64,000 bases of DNA from Bacillota bacterium (lineage in GTDB: Bacteria; Bacillota; Clostridia; Acetivibrionales; DTU013): contig JAEZLF010000152.1 in assembly GCA_023435925.1 (NCBI GenBank), positions 5,589-69,588 of the forward strand. Reading direction: 5' to 3'. Of this stretch, positions 48,580 to 57,273 are shown one piece after another; positions within the stretch are counted from its first letter, which is position 1, and each line of letters opens with the position of its first letter. Under the pieces are notes generated by a model that saw only the letters and a list, made by a program, of their open reading frames with translations, had not been told where the DNA came from and did no database searches. Made by a program: the position numbers and the translations under genes.

Positions 48580-49043
48580 AGTTGGTTGCTTGTTTATGCT
48601 TCTTTATTATTCGTACAATTTAGAATTCAATTAGAAATTGGACGGGGAAGAGGTGCTTTATATACGTTAATCGCCACGTAATATTGATATTAAAGTGAAA
48701 AAAGATGATTGCGACATGCAGGAAAAATTGCAAAAGGTCTTGACAAGGCCGTGTCCACTGTGTAATAATATTCCAAATAATACGGCAATGCTGCGAAAAA
48801 GGGTTGTGATTATATCACCCAAAGATGGATAATGGCAAACAGCTGCGTGTATGATAATAAGGTAGATTATGCCGCCGATGGCGGATAATATTTAGTGAGT
48901 GTGCATAAGAGCTGATAGCTTGAGCTGCATAGGGGTGCAGAAGCCCTACACGTGGGACAATACCCCGCGGAGTCACTTGGAATGTATCATTCATTCAATG
49001 TGATTCTGCGGGGTTTTTATATTTAATGTGGGGGGGAGTGGAA

Positions 49044-49823
49044 ATGATGAATGCACTTATTAAATACTATGAGGAGTATGATGAAGATGCACGCTTGCAA
49101 AAAGATAAGACGCACTCCATAGAATTTCTGACAACTGTTAAATATTTTGAAAAGATATTTCCGAAAGGAGCCTCGGTGCTTGATGCATGTGCGGGAACAG
49201 GTGCTTATTCCTTCTATCTTGCAAAAAAGGGTTATAAAGTTACCGCAGGCGACCTTGTACCCTATAACGTAGGTTTAATTGAAAAAAAGCAATCAGAAAC
49301 AAAACTGCTTGAAAATATTTACTTAGGTAATGTACTAGATTTGTCTATGTTTGAGGATGAATGCTTTGATGTGGTTTTGTGTATGGGAGCACTATATCAT
49401 CTTCAGAAAAAAGTAGAAAGGGTTAAAGCTATAAAAGAATGCTTGCGGGTATTGAAAAAAGACGGAATTCTTGCAACAGCTTATATCAACAGATATGCAG
49501 CTATATTGTGCAATTGCGGGGATGAACTTGCTAATATTGATGAACTACTGGAATACAGTAAAAATAGCTTCAAGAACAATTTCTACGGGTCAACACCTAA
49601 AGAAATAAAAGAGATTATGTCGGGAGCGGGGATTGAGGAAATTTGCAACATAGGTACGGATGGAATAGCTTATGCTATCAAACCGAAAATCGATCATTCT
49701 GATGATAAAGCATTTGAAAAATGGCTTGAGTATCACTTTGCAGCTTGTGAAGATGAAAATATTCTGGGGTATAGTTTACATGGTTTGCATTTTGGAAGGA
49801 AGAGGCGAGATCATGCAAAATGA
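49044..49823 (+). CDS. class I SAM-dependent methyltransferase
   Basis: VLDACAGTGAYSFYLAKKGYKVTAGDL motif I and a FDVVLCMGALYHL post-motif. ATG lies behind GGGGGGAG. Confidence 0.8.
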   Translation: MMNALIKYYEEYDEDARLQKDKTHSIEFLTTVKYFEKIFPKGASVLDACAGTGAYSFYLAKKGYKVTAGDLVPYNVGLIEKKQSETKLLENIYLGNVLDLSMFEDECFDVVLCMGALYHLQKKVERVKAIKECLRVLKKDGILATAYINRYAAILCNCGDELANIDELLEYSKNSFKNNFYGSTPKEIKEIMSGAGIEEICNIGTDGIAYAIKPKIDHSDDKAFEKWLEYHFAACEDENILGYSLHGLHFGRKRRDHAK

Positions 49824-50026
49824 TACTTATAACATATATACAAAATCAGCAAAATACTACGATATCGTATGGGATAAGAGCTATAGAAAGATATAGAAGA
49901 AAAGCTATCGCTCAAATACAGTTATTATCAGCAGCTTAAAGAATATCTATCATTAATAAGTAATCCGCAGATGAACAAAGTGGAGAAATTACTCGAAATA
50001 TAATAGGTGGAGGGAAAAGGTTCAAG

Positions 50027-50578
50027 ATGGAAAATCCGAAATTAGTGAAGCCTTCTGTTGAATATATGAGCAGTTATATAGCTGCATGCAGGGAGTATGC
50101 AGAAGCAGGATTAAAGGAATATGATGTTTTTGGTGGAGAAAGTCCTGCTCCCGAGCTTATTCAAACTCTGCTCATGAAATATGAAAATGAAAGCAGAGGA
50201 ATCGGGCTTCCTGAGGGATGGGTGCCAAGCACCGTTTTCTGGCTTGTTGATGAAGGCGAATACATTGGGGCCGGGAATATCAGACATACTTTGACAGAAC
50301 CGCTGAAAAAGTTCGGCGGACATATCGCTTACGAAATAAGACCTTCAAAATGGGGAAATGGCTATGGTACATTGCTGCTTAAACTGCTTCTAAGGGAAGC
50401 TGCAAGGTTAGGTATTCAAAGTGCGCTTCTGACTTGTGCTGCCGGTAATTCAGCGTCAGCCAGGGTAATGGAGAAAAATGGCGGGACCTTGATAGATTGC
50501 ATTACCAATATCATTGACGGGAATGAGCGTCCGACTCGCAGGTACAGAATTGATACAGGTCAATTAGTGAAGGAATAG
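50027..50578 (+). CDS. GNAT family acetyltransferase
   Basis: IRPSKWGNGYGTLLLKLLLREAARLG acetyl-CoA-binding-like motif. Confidence 0.65.
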   Translation: MENPKLVKPSVEYMSSYIAACREYAEAGLKEYDVFGGESPAPELIQTLLMKYENESRGIGLPEGWVPSTVFWLVDEGEYIGAGNIRHTLTEPLKKFGGHIAYEIRPSKWGNGYGTLLLKLLLREAARLGIQSALLTCAAGNSASARVMEKNGGTLIDCITNIIDGNERPTRRYRIDTGQLVKE

Positions 50579-50644
50579 TGAAAATGAAACAGATAGTTTT
50601 TCCTACTGCATATGATAAAATGCACTTTAACGAGGTTATGAATT

Positions 50645-51571
50645 ATGATACTTAGTGCATCACGCAGGACAGATATTCCGGCATATTATTCTCAATGGCT
50701 ACTTAACCGGTTGCAGGCAGGATTCGTATTGTCACGGAATCCCATGAACCATGCTCAGGTGAGCAAAATTGAGTTATCGCCTGACGTTGTTGATTGCATT
50801 GTATTTTGGACGAAGAATCCCCGAAATATGATGGATAAGCTGGAAGCCATTGATGCATTGGGCTATCGATACTATTTCCAATTTACATTAACGCCTTATG
50901 ATCAATCCGTCGAAAAAGGATTGGGTGATAAGGAAGAAATCATAAAGACCTTCTGTTTGCTGAGTGAGAAGATTGGAAAAGAAAAGGTTGTATGGAGATA
51001 TGATCCCATTATCATAAATGAAACACTAGACTTTAGGTATCATACAGAACGGTTTTCAAGGCTTTGCAGCAAACTCTACAAGCATACCGACCAGTGTATT
51101 ATAAGCTTTGTAGACCAATACGCCAAATTGAAAACCAATCTTTTGAGGGATATCAGCACAGAAGAGATGATTGAACTAAGTAAAATGATTTCATCAACGG
51201 CAAGAGACTTCGGTATTGCAGTGAAAGCCTGCTCCGAGATGCCTTTTCTGTCTGAGTATGGCGTTGGACAAGCCCATTGCGTTGACAGAGGACTCGTAGA
51301 GAAAATTTGCGGATATAGCCTTGATATTAAGAATGACAAAAATCAACGTGATTCCTGTGGTTGCTTTGAAAGCTTTGATATTGGTGCATACAACACTTGC
51401 AGGAATGGTTGTGTTTACTGTTATGCCAATTACAGCGATGCATCTGTAAGCAATAACTGCCAAAGGCACGATCCCGAAGGTGAGTTGTTAATTGGCAGTA
51501 TTGCTGATAAAGATAAAATAGTAGTAAGAAATGTAAAGTCACATCGATGCGGGCAACTAAAATTATTTTAG
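50645..51571 (+). CDS. DUF1848 domain protein (Cys-rich, putative Fe-S)
   Basis: ILSASRRTDIPAYY N-terminus and C-terminal Cys cluster CGCFESFDIGAYNTCRNGCVYCYAN. Confidence 0.7.
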   Translation: MILSASRRTDIPAYYSQWLLNRLQAGFVLSRNPMNHAQVSKIELSPDVVDCIVFWTKNPRNMMDKLEAIDALGYRYYFQFTLTPYDQSVEKGLGDKEEIIKTFCLLSEKIGKEKVVWRYDPIIINETLDFRYHTERFSRLCSKLYKHTDQCIISFVDQYAKLKTNLLRDISTEEMIELSKMISSTARDFGIAVKACSEMPFLSEYGVGQAHCVDRGLVEKICGYSLDIKNDKNQRDSCGCFESFDIGAYNTCRNGCVYCYANYSDASVSNNCQRHDPEGELLIGSIADKDKIVVRNVKSHRCGQLKLF

Positions 51572-51698
51572 ATATTGAATTGATGGTGACAGGGGGCGTG
51601 TGGTAGGGGGACGGGGTTGTTGTCACACATCTCCCAGTCACGCGTCCCCCGCTGTCATGACGTCACGGACGCATTGGCGAGCGGCTGCCTGAACTCAA

Positions 51699-53324
51699 CT
51701 AACTTGTGTGTAGTTTTTGTTCTTCCTCCTGGATCACTTTCTTATCGATCCGTTCAAAGAGAATTTCCACCTGCCCAAGCTCCCGACCGACGGGAATTTG
51801 TGTATGCTGCCATGTTGCGTTTTCTATCCCTAAGAAATTTCTTACCTTTGCAGACGAAAAGGGAAGAAAGGGGTCAAGCAGGATTGAAAGATTTGCAATG
51901 AGCTGCACACAGGTATTCAGAGTTTCCTTACACTTTTCCATATCGCTTTTTACTGTTATCCAGGGCTGCTCTTCATCAAAGTATTTGTTTGCTGCACGAA
52001 TCAATGTAAAAATGTTATCAAGAGCTTCCTTGAAGTTACCTTTCTCTATGAGTCCTCCTATGGTGGAGAATAGCCGGCTTAGCGGCTGTATAATTGCCGG
52101 ATTGGTATTTGCCTCAGGCACCTTGCCTTCAAAGGATTTCAGTATAAACAGTAAACTGCGGTTTACAAAGTTCCCGTAAGCACCGAGAAGCTCACCGTTA
52201 TGACTGTTGATGAATTCCCTCCAGGTAAAGTCGGTATCCCTTTTTTCCGGTCCGTTGCTGATCAAAAAATATCGAATGGAATCCGGATGGTACCGTTCAA
52301 GGATATCTTTTGCCCATATAGCCCAATTGCCGCTGGTTGAAATTTTCTTGCCCTCTAAGGTCAGGTACTCGCTGGATATGATATCGTCCGGCAGCTTTAG
52401 TTGCACATCGGTGCGGCCCAAAAGCAGCGAAGGCAGAATAATGGTATGAAAGGGTATATTGTCCTTTCCGTGAACATAATAGTGCCTGCAGCTATTCCAG
52501 ATTTCAGTAAAATCGAGCCCTTGTTGTTGACATAATGTGTGACAGTCCGAAAGGTATCCAAGGACATTTTCGGCCCAGATATATATTTTTTTACCGTCAA
52601 ATTCATCCTTCGGGACATCGATACCCCAATCCAGGTCCCGTGTCAGGCTTCTGTCACGAAGTCCTTCATAGATATACCTTTTGGATAGTTCATATGCATT
52701 TTTCCTCCATCCAGTGTGGTTTTCAACATATTGCTCCAGTTGATCCTTCATACGGGTCACAGCCAGGAAAAGATGGTTAGTGGATCGAAATTCAGGCGTT
52801 TCACCACAGATACTGCATTTTGCCTGAAGGAGGCTTTCCGGTTCCAGTACACTTCCACAGGCTTCGCACTGATCTCCTCTGGCAAATTCACCGCAATGCG
52901 GGCATAGCCCCTTCACAAAACGGTCGGGCAGAAACTGCCTGCATTTCGCACAGTACGCTTGTGGGGTACTTTTTTCGTAAACATATCTGCCTTTGTATAG
53001 ATTTCGGTGGAAATCTGTAACAAAGTTTTTGTGCTCTTGACTGGATGTCTTACCATAAAGGGTATAGGAAAAGCCCAGGCGGCAAAAGCAGTCGCAAAAT
53101 TCATGATGGTAGAAGTCACTGATTTCTACAGGCGTCTTGTTCTCCTGCCTGGCTCTGATTGTTACAGGCGTACCATGGCAGTCGCTGCCGGAAACAAAAA
53201 AGACTGTGTCACCTTTTGCTCTGTAGTATCGAGCCAGTACATCCCCCGGCAATAATGCAGCTATATGTCCAATATGCAATGAACCGTTTGCATATGGCCA
53301 CGCTCCTCCGATTAATACATTCAT
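51699..53324 (-). CDS. metG: methionine--tRNA ligase (short form, four CxxC knuckle motifs)
   Basis: PYANGSLHIGH (HIGH) and KISTSGN (KMSKS variant). CAKC, CPHC, CEAC and CSIC in the connective peptide. No C-terminal tRNA-binding appendix. Confidence 0.95.
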   Translation of the reverse strand: MNVLIGGAWPYANGSLHIGHIAALLPGDVLARYYRAKGDTVFFVSGSDCHGTPVTIRARQENKTPVEISDFYHHEFCDCFCRLGFSYTLYGKTSSQEHKNFVTDFHRNLYKGRYVYEKSTPQAYCAKCRQFLPDRFVKGLCPHCGEFARGDQCEACGSVLEPESLLQAKCSICGETPEFRSTNHLFLAVTRMKDQLEQYVENHTGWRKNAYELSKRYIYEGLRDRSLTRDLDWGIDVPKDEFDGKKIYIWAENVLGYLSDCHTLCQQQGLDFTEIWNSCRHYYVHGKDNIPFHTIILPSLLLGRTDVQLKLPDDIISSEYLTLEGKKISTSGNWAIWAKDILERYHPDSIRYFLISNGPEKRDTDFTWREFINSHNGELLGAYGNFVNRSLLFILKSFEGKVPEANTNPAIIQPLSRLFSTIGGLIEKGNFKEALDNIFTLIRAANKYFDEEQPWITVKSDMEKCKETLNTCVQLIANLSILLDPFLPFSSAKVRNFLGIENATWQHTQIPVGRELGQVEILFERIDKKVIQEEEQKLHTS

Positions 53325-53384
53325 TATAAAACCTCATTTCTTATTATTTAGTGGGATAATCAAATTGTTACTCAAAATATGCAT

Positions 53385-53715
53385 TAAAAAAGCCCTCACC
53401 TCCAGGATACTATCCTGGGGACGAGAGCATGATACTTCGTGTTACCACCCCGGTTTATTGATACTTCGCAGCATCAACCTCAGTAAGAACTAATGTAAGC
53501 AGATACATCCTTCCAGGCTTACACGCCATTCTCCGGCACGGTAACGGGTGCATACGTTGCAGCCTATAAGCGGAGGGACATATCGTTTGTTCTGCCTCGC
53601 TTATTCGGTGCAATAGCTCCAAGACCATCTTCAGTCAGCTATTCTTTACTCCCTCTCAGCAAACGGAGTTCTCTGTAAAAGACATCCATGACTTACTCTT
53701 CTTTTCATCGCGTTT
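53385..53715 (-). promoter_or_regulatory. T-box leader upstream of metG (minus strand)
   Basis: Minus-strand reading: promoter TTGACT-17-TAATAT (53749-53721). cAGAGAac and gcTGAGAggg stem I elements. AUG in the specifier region (53628-53626). T-box AACCGGGGTGGTAACACG. Terminator ccccaggat/atcctggagg followed by a T-run (53425-53386). Confidence 0.75.
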
Positions 53716-53855
53716 CCAGTTTTTCTCTATATATTAATACGCTTAAAGGTTCAAGTCAATAGGTTGTGAAGGAATTACTTCAAAACCTTTGCCGAATTTT
53801 ACCTCAGATGCTTATGGAGCGGTTCCGGGGTTGGAGAATATAAGCAAACGATGTG

Positions 53856-53884
53856 TTGACAATATAGTTCAACAGACATATAAT
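53856..53884 (+). promoter_or_regulatory. consensus sigma-A promoter
   Basis: TTGACA, 17 nt, TATAAT (perfect consensus). Confidence 0.55.
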
Positions 53885-53922
53885 ATGTTTATTAAATACA
53901 TAAACAGAAGTGGAGTGAGTAA

Positions 53923-54693
53923 ATGATACACAAACTAGCAAACATGACTATAGAAGAAATTAAAAATGGATATGCATTTTTGAACCAAGATGATAAATAC
54001 ATTTGTAACATTTGTGGAATGGAATATCAAAATGGAGAGATTTTTAAGGTGAAGGAGAAATATTATGCTGCCAGCAAGATGATAAAAATGCATATTCAGA
54101 CCGACCATAATGATATGCTGCACATACTCTGTTCCTATGACAAAAAGCATGCAGGAGTCACTGAAAATCAAAAGGAACTGCTGAGTATGATTTCATCAGG
54201 TATGACGGATAATGAAATCGCAAAAAAAACAGGTGTCGCTCCCTCTACGATCCGGCATCAGAGGTTTGTATTCAGGGAGAGAGCGAAACAGGCAAAGCTT
54301 TATCTGGCAATTTATGAACTTGCTATGCAGGGAGCTGAGAGCAATAAAAAGGCAACAAGTAAAAAGGAAAGAATTATTGATGTTCATAAAGGAGCGAAAA
54401 TGGTGGATGATAGATACTTTACAACAGAAGAAGAGGAAGAGAAAATCATTCAAAATATGTTCTCATCATTTGAACCGTTAAAGCTGAAGGTTCTTTCTTC
54501 AAAAGAAAAAAAGAAGATCATAATACTGAAGAAGATCTCGGAACAGTTTGACAAAAAGAGGCGATACAGCGAGAAGGAAATCAATTCGATCATTAAGGAG
54601 ATATATGATGATTTCGCAACGGTACGGCGTTACCTGATCGAATATGGATTTATGGAACGGACAAATGATTGCAAGGAGTATTGGCTGAAATAG
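53923..54693 (+). CDS. transcriptional regulator, HTH + C-terminal DUF2087 domain
   Basis: LuxR/sigma-70 r4-like HTH (MTDNEIAKKTGVAPSTIRHQRF). The DUF2087-type tail is RRYSEKEINSIIKEIYDDFATVRRYLIEYGFMER. Confidence 0.65.
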   Translation: MIHKLANMTIEEIKNGYAFLNQDDKYICNICGMEYQNGEIFKVKEKYYAASKMIKMHIQTDHNDMLHILCSYDKKHAGVTENQKELLSMISSGMTDNEIAKKTGVAPSTIRHQRFVFRERAKQAKLYLAIYELAMQGAESNKKATSKKERIIDVHKGAKMVDDRYFTTEEEEEKIIQNMFSSFEPLKLKVLSSKEKKKIIILKKISEQFDKKRRYSEKEINSIIKEIYDDFATVRRYLIEYGFMERTNDCKEYWLK

Positions 54694-54811
54694 CAATCTA
54701 CACAATTAAGATTTGAATATGACACATAGCTGTCAAATTTGCTGATATATAATTTGATCAGATTATAGCAGTGAGCACAATACAATACAGTATATCTAAA
54801 GGAAAATAGAC

Positions 54812-55681
54812 ATGCACTTTAAAGAGGTAAAGTCAATTTTATCGCCCCGCAACGGTATGAACATATACCGCGGCTGCACCCATGGCTGCATATACTGCGA
54901 CAGCAGGAGCAAATGCTACAATATGGAGCATGACTTTGAGGATATTGAGGTTAAAAGCAATGCACCGGAGCTATTGGAAGCGGCTCTTCGGAAAAAACGC
55001 AAAAAGTGTATGATTGGCACCGGTTCCATGTGTGACTCCTATATGCATATTGAGCTTGAGCTGAACCACACCAGAAGGTGCCTTGAGATCATTGACCGAT
55101 ATGGATTCGGCCTGTCTATTCAGACAAAATCCAACCGTATTCTGCGTGATCTGGAGCTGCTGAAAAGTATAAACCGGAAATCAAAATGCGTTGTTCAAAT
55201 GACACTCACCACCTATGACGAAAGCTTGTGTAAAATCATTGAACCAGCTGTAAGCACCACAAAAGAACGTTTTGAAGTATTGAAAATCATGCGTGACAAT
55301 GGTATCCCAACAGTTGTCTGGCTTGATCCGATTCTGCCGTTCATCAATGATACAGAGGAAAATCTAAGAGGGATTCTGGATTATTGCATTAGGGCTCAGG
55401 TATATGGCATTATATGCTTCGGTATGGGGCTGACTTTGCGGGATGGCGACAGGGAATATTTCTATGCAAAGCTTGACCGGCATTTTCCCGGACTGAAGCA
55501 GCGATATATAAAGAAATATGGATATGGCTACGAGGTTATGAGCGATAACAACGATAAGCTGATGGGCATTTTTTACAATGACTGTAAAAACCATGGTATT
55601 GTCAGCAATAATGATGAGATTTTCAGGTATTTGAATACATTTGAAGAGAAACTGCAAGTGGAGCAGCTCAGCCTGTTTTGA
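54812..55681 (+). CDS. radical SAM protein, SPL/DNA-repair-photolyase-like family
   Basis: NIYRGCTHGCIYCDS (CxxxCxxC) near the N-terminus. Size and layout resemble SplB-like proteins. Confidence 0.75.
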   Translation: MHFKEVKSILSPRNGMNIYRGCTHGCIYCDSRSKCYNMEHDFEDIEVKSNAPELLEAALRKKRKKCMIGTGSMCDSYMHIELELNHTRRCLEIIDRYGFGLSIQTKSNRILRDLELLKSINRKSKCVVQMTLTTYDESLCKIIEPAVSTTKERFEVLKIMRDNGIPTVVWLDPILPFINDTEENLRGILDYCIRAQVYGIICFGMGLTLRDGDREYFYAKLDRHFPGLKQRYIKKYGYGYEVMSDNNDKLMGIFYNDCKNHGIVSNNDEIFRYLNTFEEKLQVEQLSLF

Positions 55682-55702
55682 GCACTGAAAGCTTCAGAGC
55701 GA

Positions 55703-55948
55703 TTATCTTTTGCGTTTTTTATTTATTAAGAAATCATACATATCTTCCAAATCATTGAACCCCATTTGCAGAGCATTCTGCCTTGCTGTGCCTACGAGAA
55801 CCTGAACGCCATCGCCGTGATCATGAATGTAGGTCTGCAAAAAATTACCGTTCAGGTCAACACCGCTCCACTTCTTACTGTTGATTTTTTGCAATCCAAG
55901 TCTTAAGGCTATTGATTTGATATCACCTGTTGTAAATCTGTATGGCAT
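55703..55948 (-). CDS. HicA-fold-like small protein, putative toxin partner (lacks the usual GSH(H) motif)
   Basis: 81 aa. The pattern ...IHDHGDGVQVLVGTARQNALQMGF resembles the HicA C-terminal H..d.l..GTl..il.qaG. Overlaps the upstream ORF by 40 nt. Confidence 0.3.
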   Translation of the reverse strand: MPYRFTTGDIKSIALRLGLQKINSKKWSGVDLNGNFLQTYIHDHGDGVQVLVGTARQNALQMGFNDLEDMYDFLINKKRKR

Positions 55949-56382
55949 TCAGATAATACCTCCATGATTTTGTGCATATCGTTGTACCTTGCAAGCCTTC
56001 GCAAATAAGGGTAGTGGCCTCTTCTGTTTTCGATATGTCTGAAGAAATCAACCCTTTTCAGATAGTCGGCAGCATAATCCAATACATTCCCAGCTAAATC
56101 CTCCAGCGCGTCGATTAGTGTAGTACCTTCACCATGGATCAGAAGCTCATTGAGTGAAATGGTGAATCCGCCAAGTTCCTGGTCTTCCTCTATGAATGGG
56201 TGAAACTTATAGTTACTGTCCAGAATTTCTTCAAATATATCGGTTGAAACAATAGAAACTCGTCCCTCAACAGAGCTTTTTTGATTTTTCGTAATAACTT
56301 CATAGCCAGCAGCGGCTTCTCTGATAATGGACGGTAAATGCTGTTTTGTATCGCTTATGGATTTTTCATGAATGATACCCAT
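55909..56382 (-). CDS. Phd/YefM-like antitoxin-type protein with extended C-domain
   Basis: ISDTKQHLPSIIREAAAGYEVITKN resembles the Phd/YefM N-terminus. AAAGGAG RBS. Tandem operator-like repeats lie upstream. Confidence 0.4.
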   Translation of the reverse strand: MGIIHEKSISDTKQHLPSIIREAAAGYEVITKNQKSSVEGRVSIVSTDIFEEILDSNYKFHPFIEEDQELGGFTISLNELLIHGEGTTLIDALEDLAGNVLDYAADYLKRVDFFRHIENRRGHYPYLRRLARYNDMHKIMEVLSECHTDLQQVISNQ

Positions 56383-56417
56383 ATAATTCAGCTCCTTTTA
56401 CTATTTCTATTATAAAA

Positions 56418-56453
56418 CATAATGTCCATAATGTCCATAATGGTCATAAAATA
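56418..56453. repeat. 9-bp tandem repeat x4 (CATAATGTC CATAATGTC CATAATGGT CATAAAATA)
   Basis: Read directly. On the minus strand it sits immediately upstream of a TATAAT box (56414-56409) of the TA-like operon. Confidence 0.8.
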
Positions 56454-56588
56454 AAATTATTAAACATATTATTTTTTGAGTAATTTTGTTGAGGTACCAA
56501 TATTTATGATAAAATTGTGGGTGGGGTAGTTCTTTAATTAAATAGCTCATGAAAACCGTAAATGATTACCTTGGGGAGGAATACAAAA

Positions 56589-57044
56589 ATGTTTGATATA
56601 AGTAGATTTAAAGGAATTGTTGAGTCTTTTTACAAACAACTGCTTAATACGAATACAGAAATCACCAGTATAAAATTATCGGAGGAAAAATTCTCTCTTA
56701 GAGAAATCATAGGACATCTGATTGATTCAGCGTCCAACAATCATCAAAGATTTGTCAGACTGCAATTTGAGGATCTGCTGGATTTTCCCGGGTATGACTG
56801 TGAAGAATGGGTAAGAATTCAGAAATATAATAGTCTGGACTGGAATGTGTTGGTTACGCTTTGGTACCAATACAACGTTCTGCTCCTTCATGTTATTGAA
56901 AAAATAGATGAGACAAAGCTTAAAAATGTATGGGTTAAAAATGAAGAAACTCCCTGCCTGGAGTTTTTGGTTAATGACTATTACAGACATCTGAAAGTTC
57001 ATATGGAGCATTTTTCCAATAGGCGAGACGAGCTGCCTGAATGA
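56589..57044 (+). CDS. DinB/YfiT-like family protein
   Basis: REIIGHLIDSASNNHQRF (DinB-type His motif) and a C-terminal YRHLKVHMEH. ATG lies behind GGGGAGG. Confidence 0.65.
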   Translation: MFDISRFKGIVESFYKQLLNTNTEITSIKLSEEKFSLREIIGHLIDSASNNHQRFVRLQFEDLLDFPGYDCEEWVRIQKYNSLDWNVLVTLWYQYNVLLLHVIEKIDETKLKNVWVKNEETPCLEFLVNDYYRHLKVHMEHFSNRRDELPE

Positions 57045-57273
57045 GGAGACATTCTATTTTGTTTGCTTCTTTCCCAAATATGACATACTGTTGTCAACTG
57101 TATTTTATTACAATGAGGAAGAACAATTTATAATGAACATAGCGATTTTGGTTACTGTAATCAAACAAGAGGGTACAAGGCATAAACATCGCTGTTAAAG
57201 ACCTTATTGTTGATGTAATAATATACATAATATAGATAAGATAATATAGATAGGATTTGGAGGGAGAAGAAAA

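Noticed and set aside
48790-48860. TPP (thi-box) riboswitch, because gatggataatggcaaacagc resembles CUGGAUAAUGCCAGCG
   Set aside because: The obligatory CUGAGA element and the P1-P2 architecture are not recognisable, and the downstream gene is unrelated to thiamine. I kept the region only as an unclassified leader.
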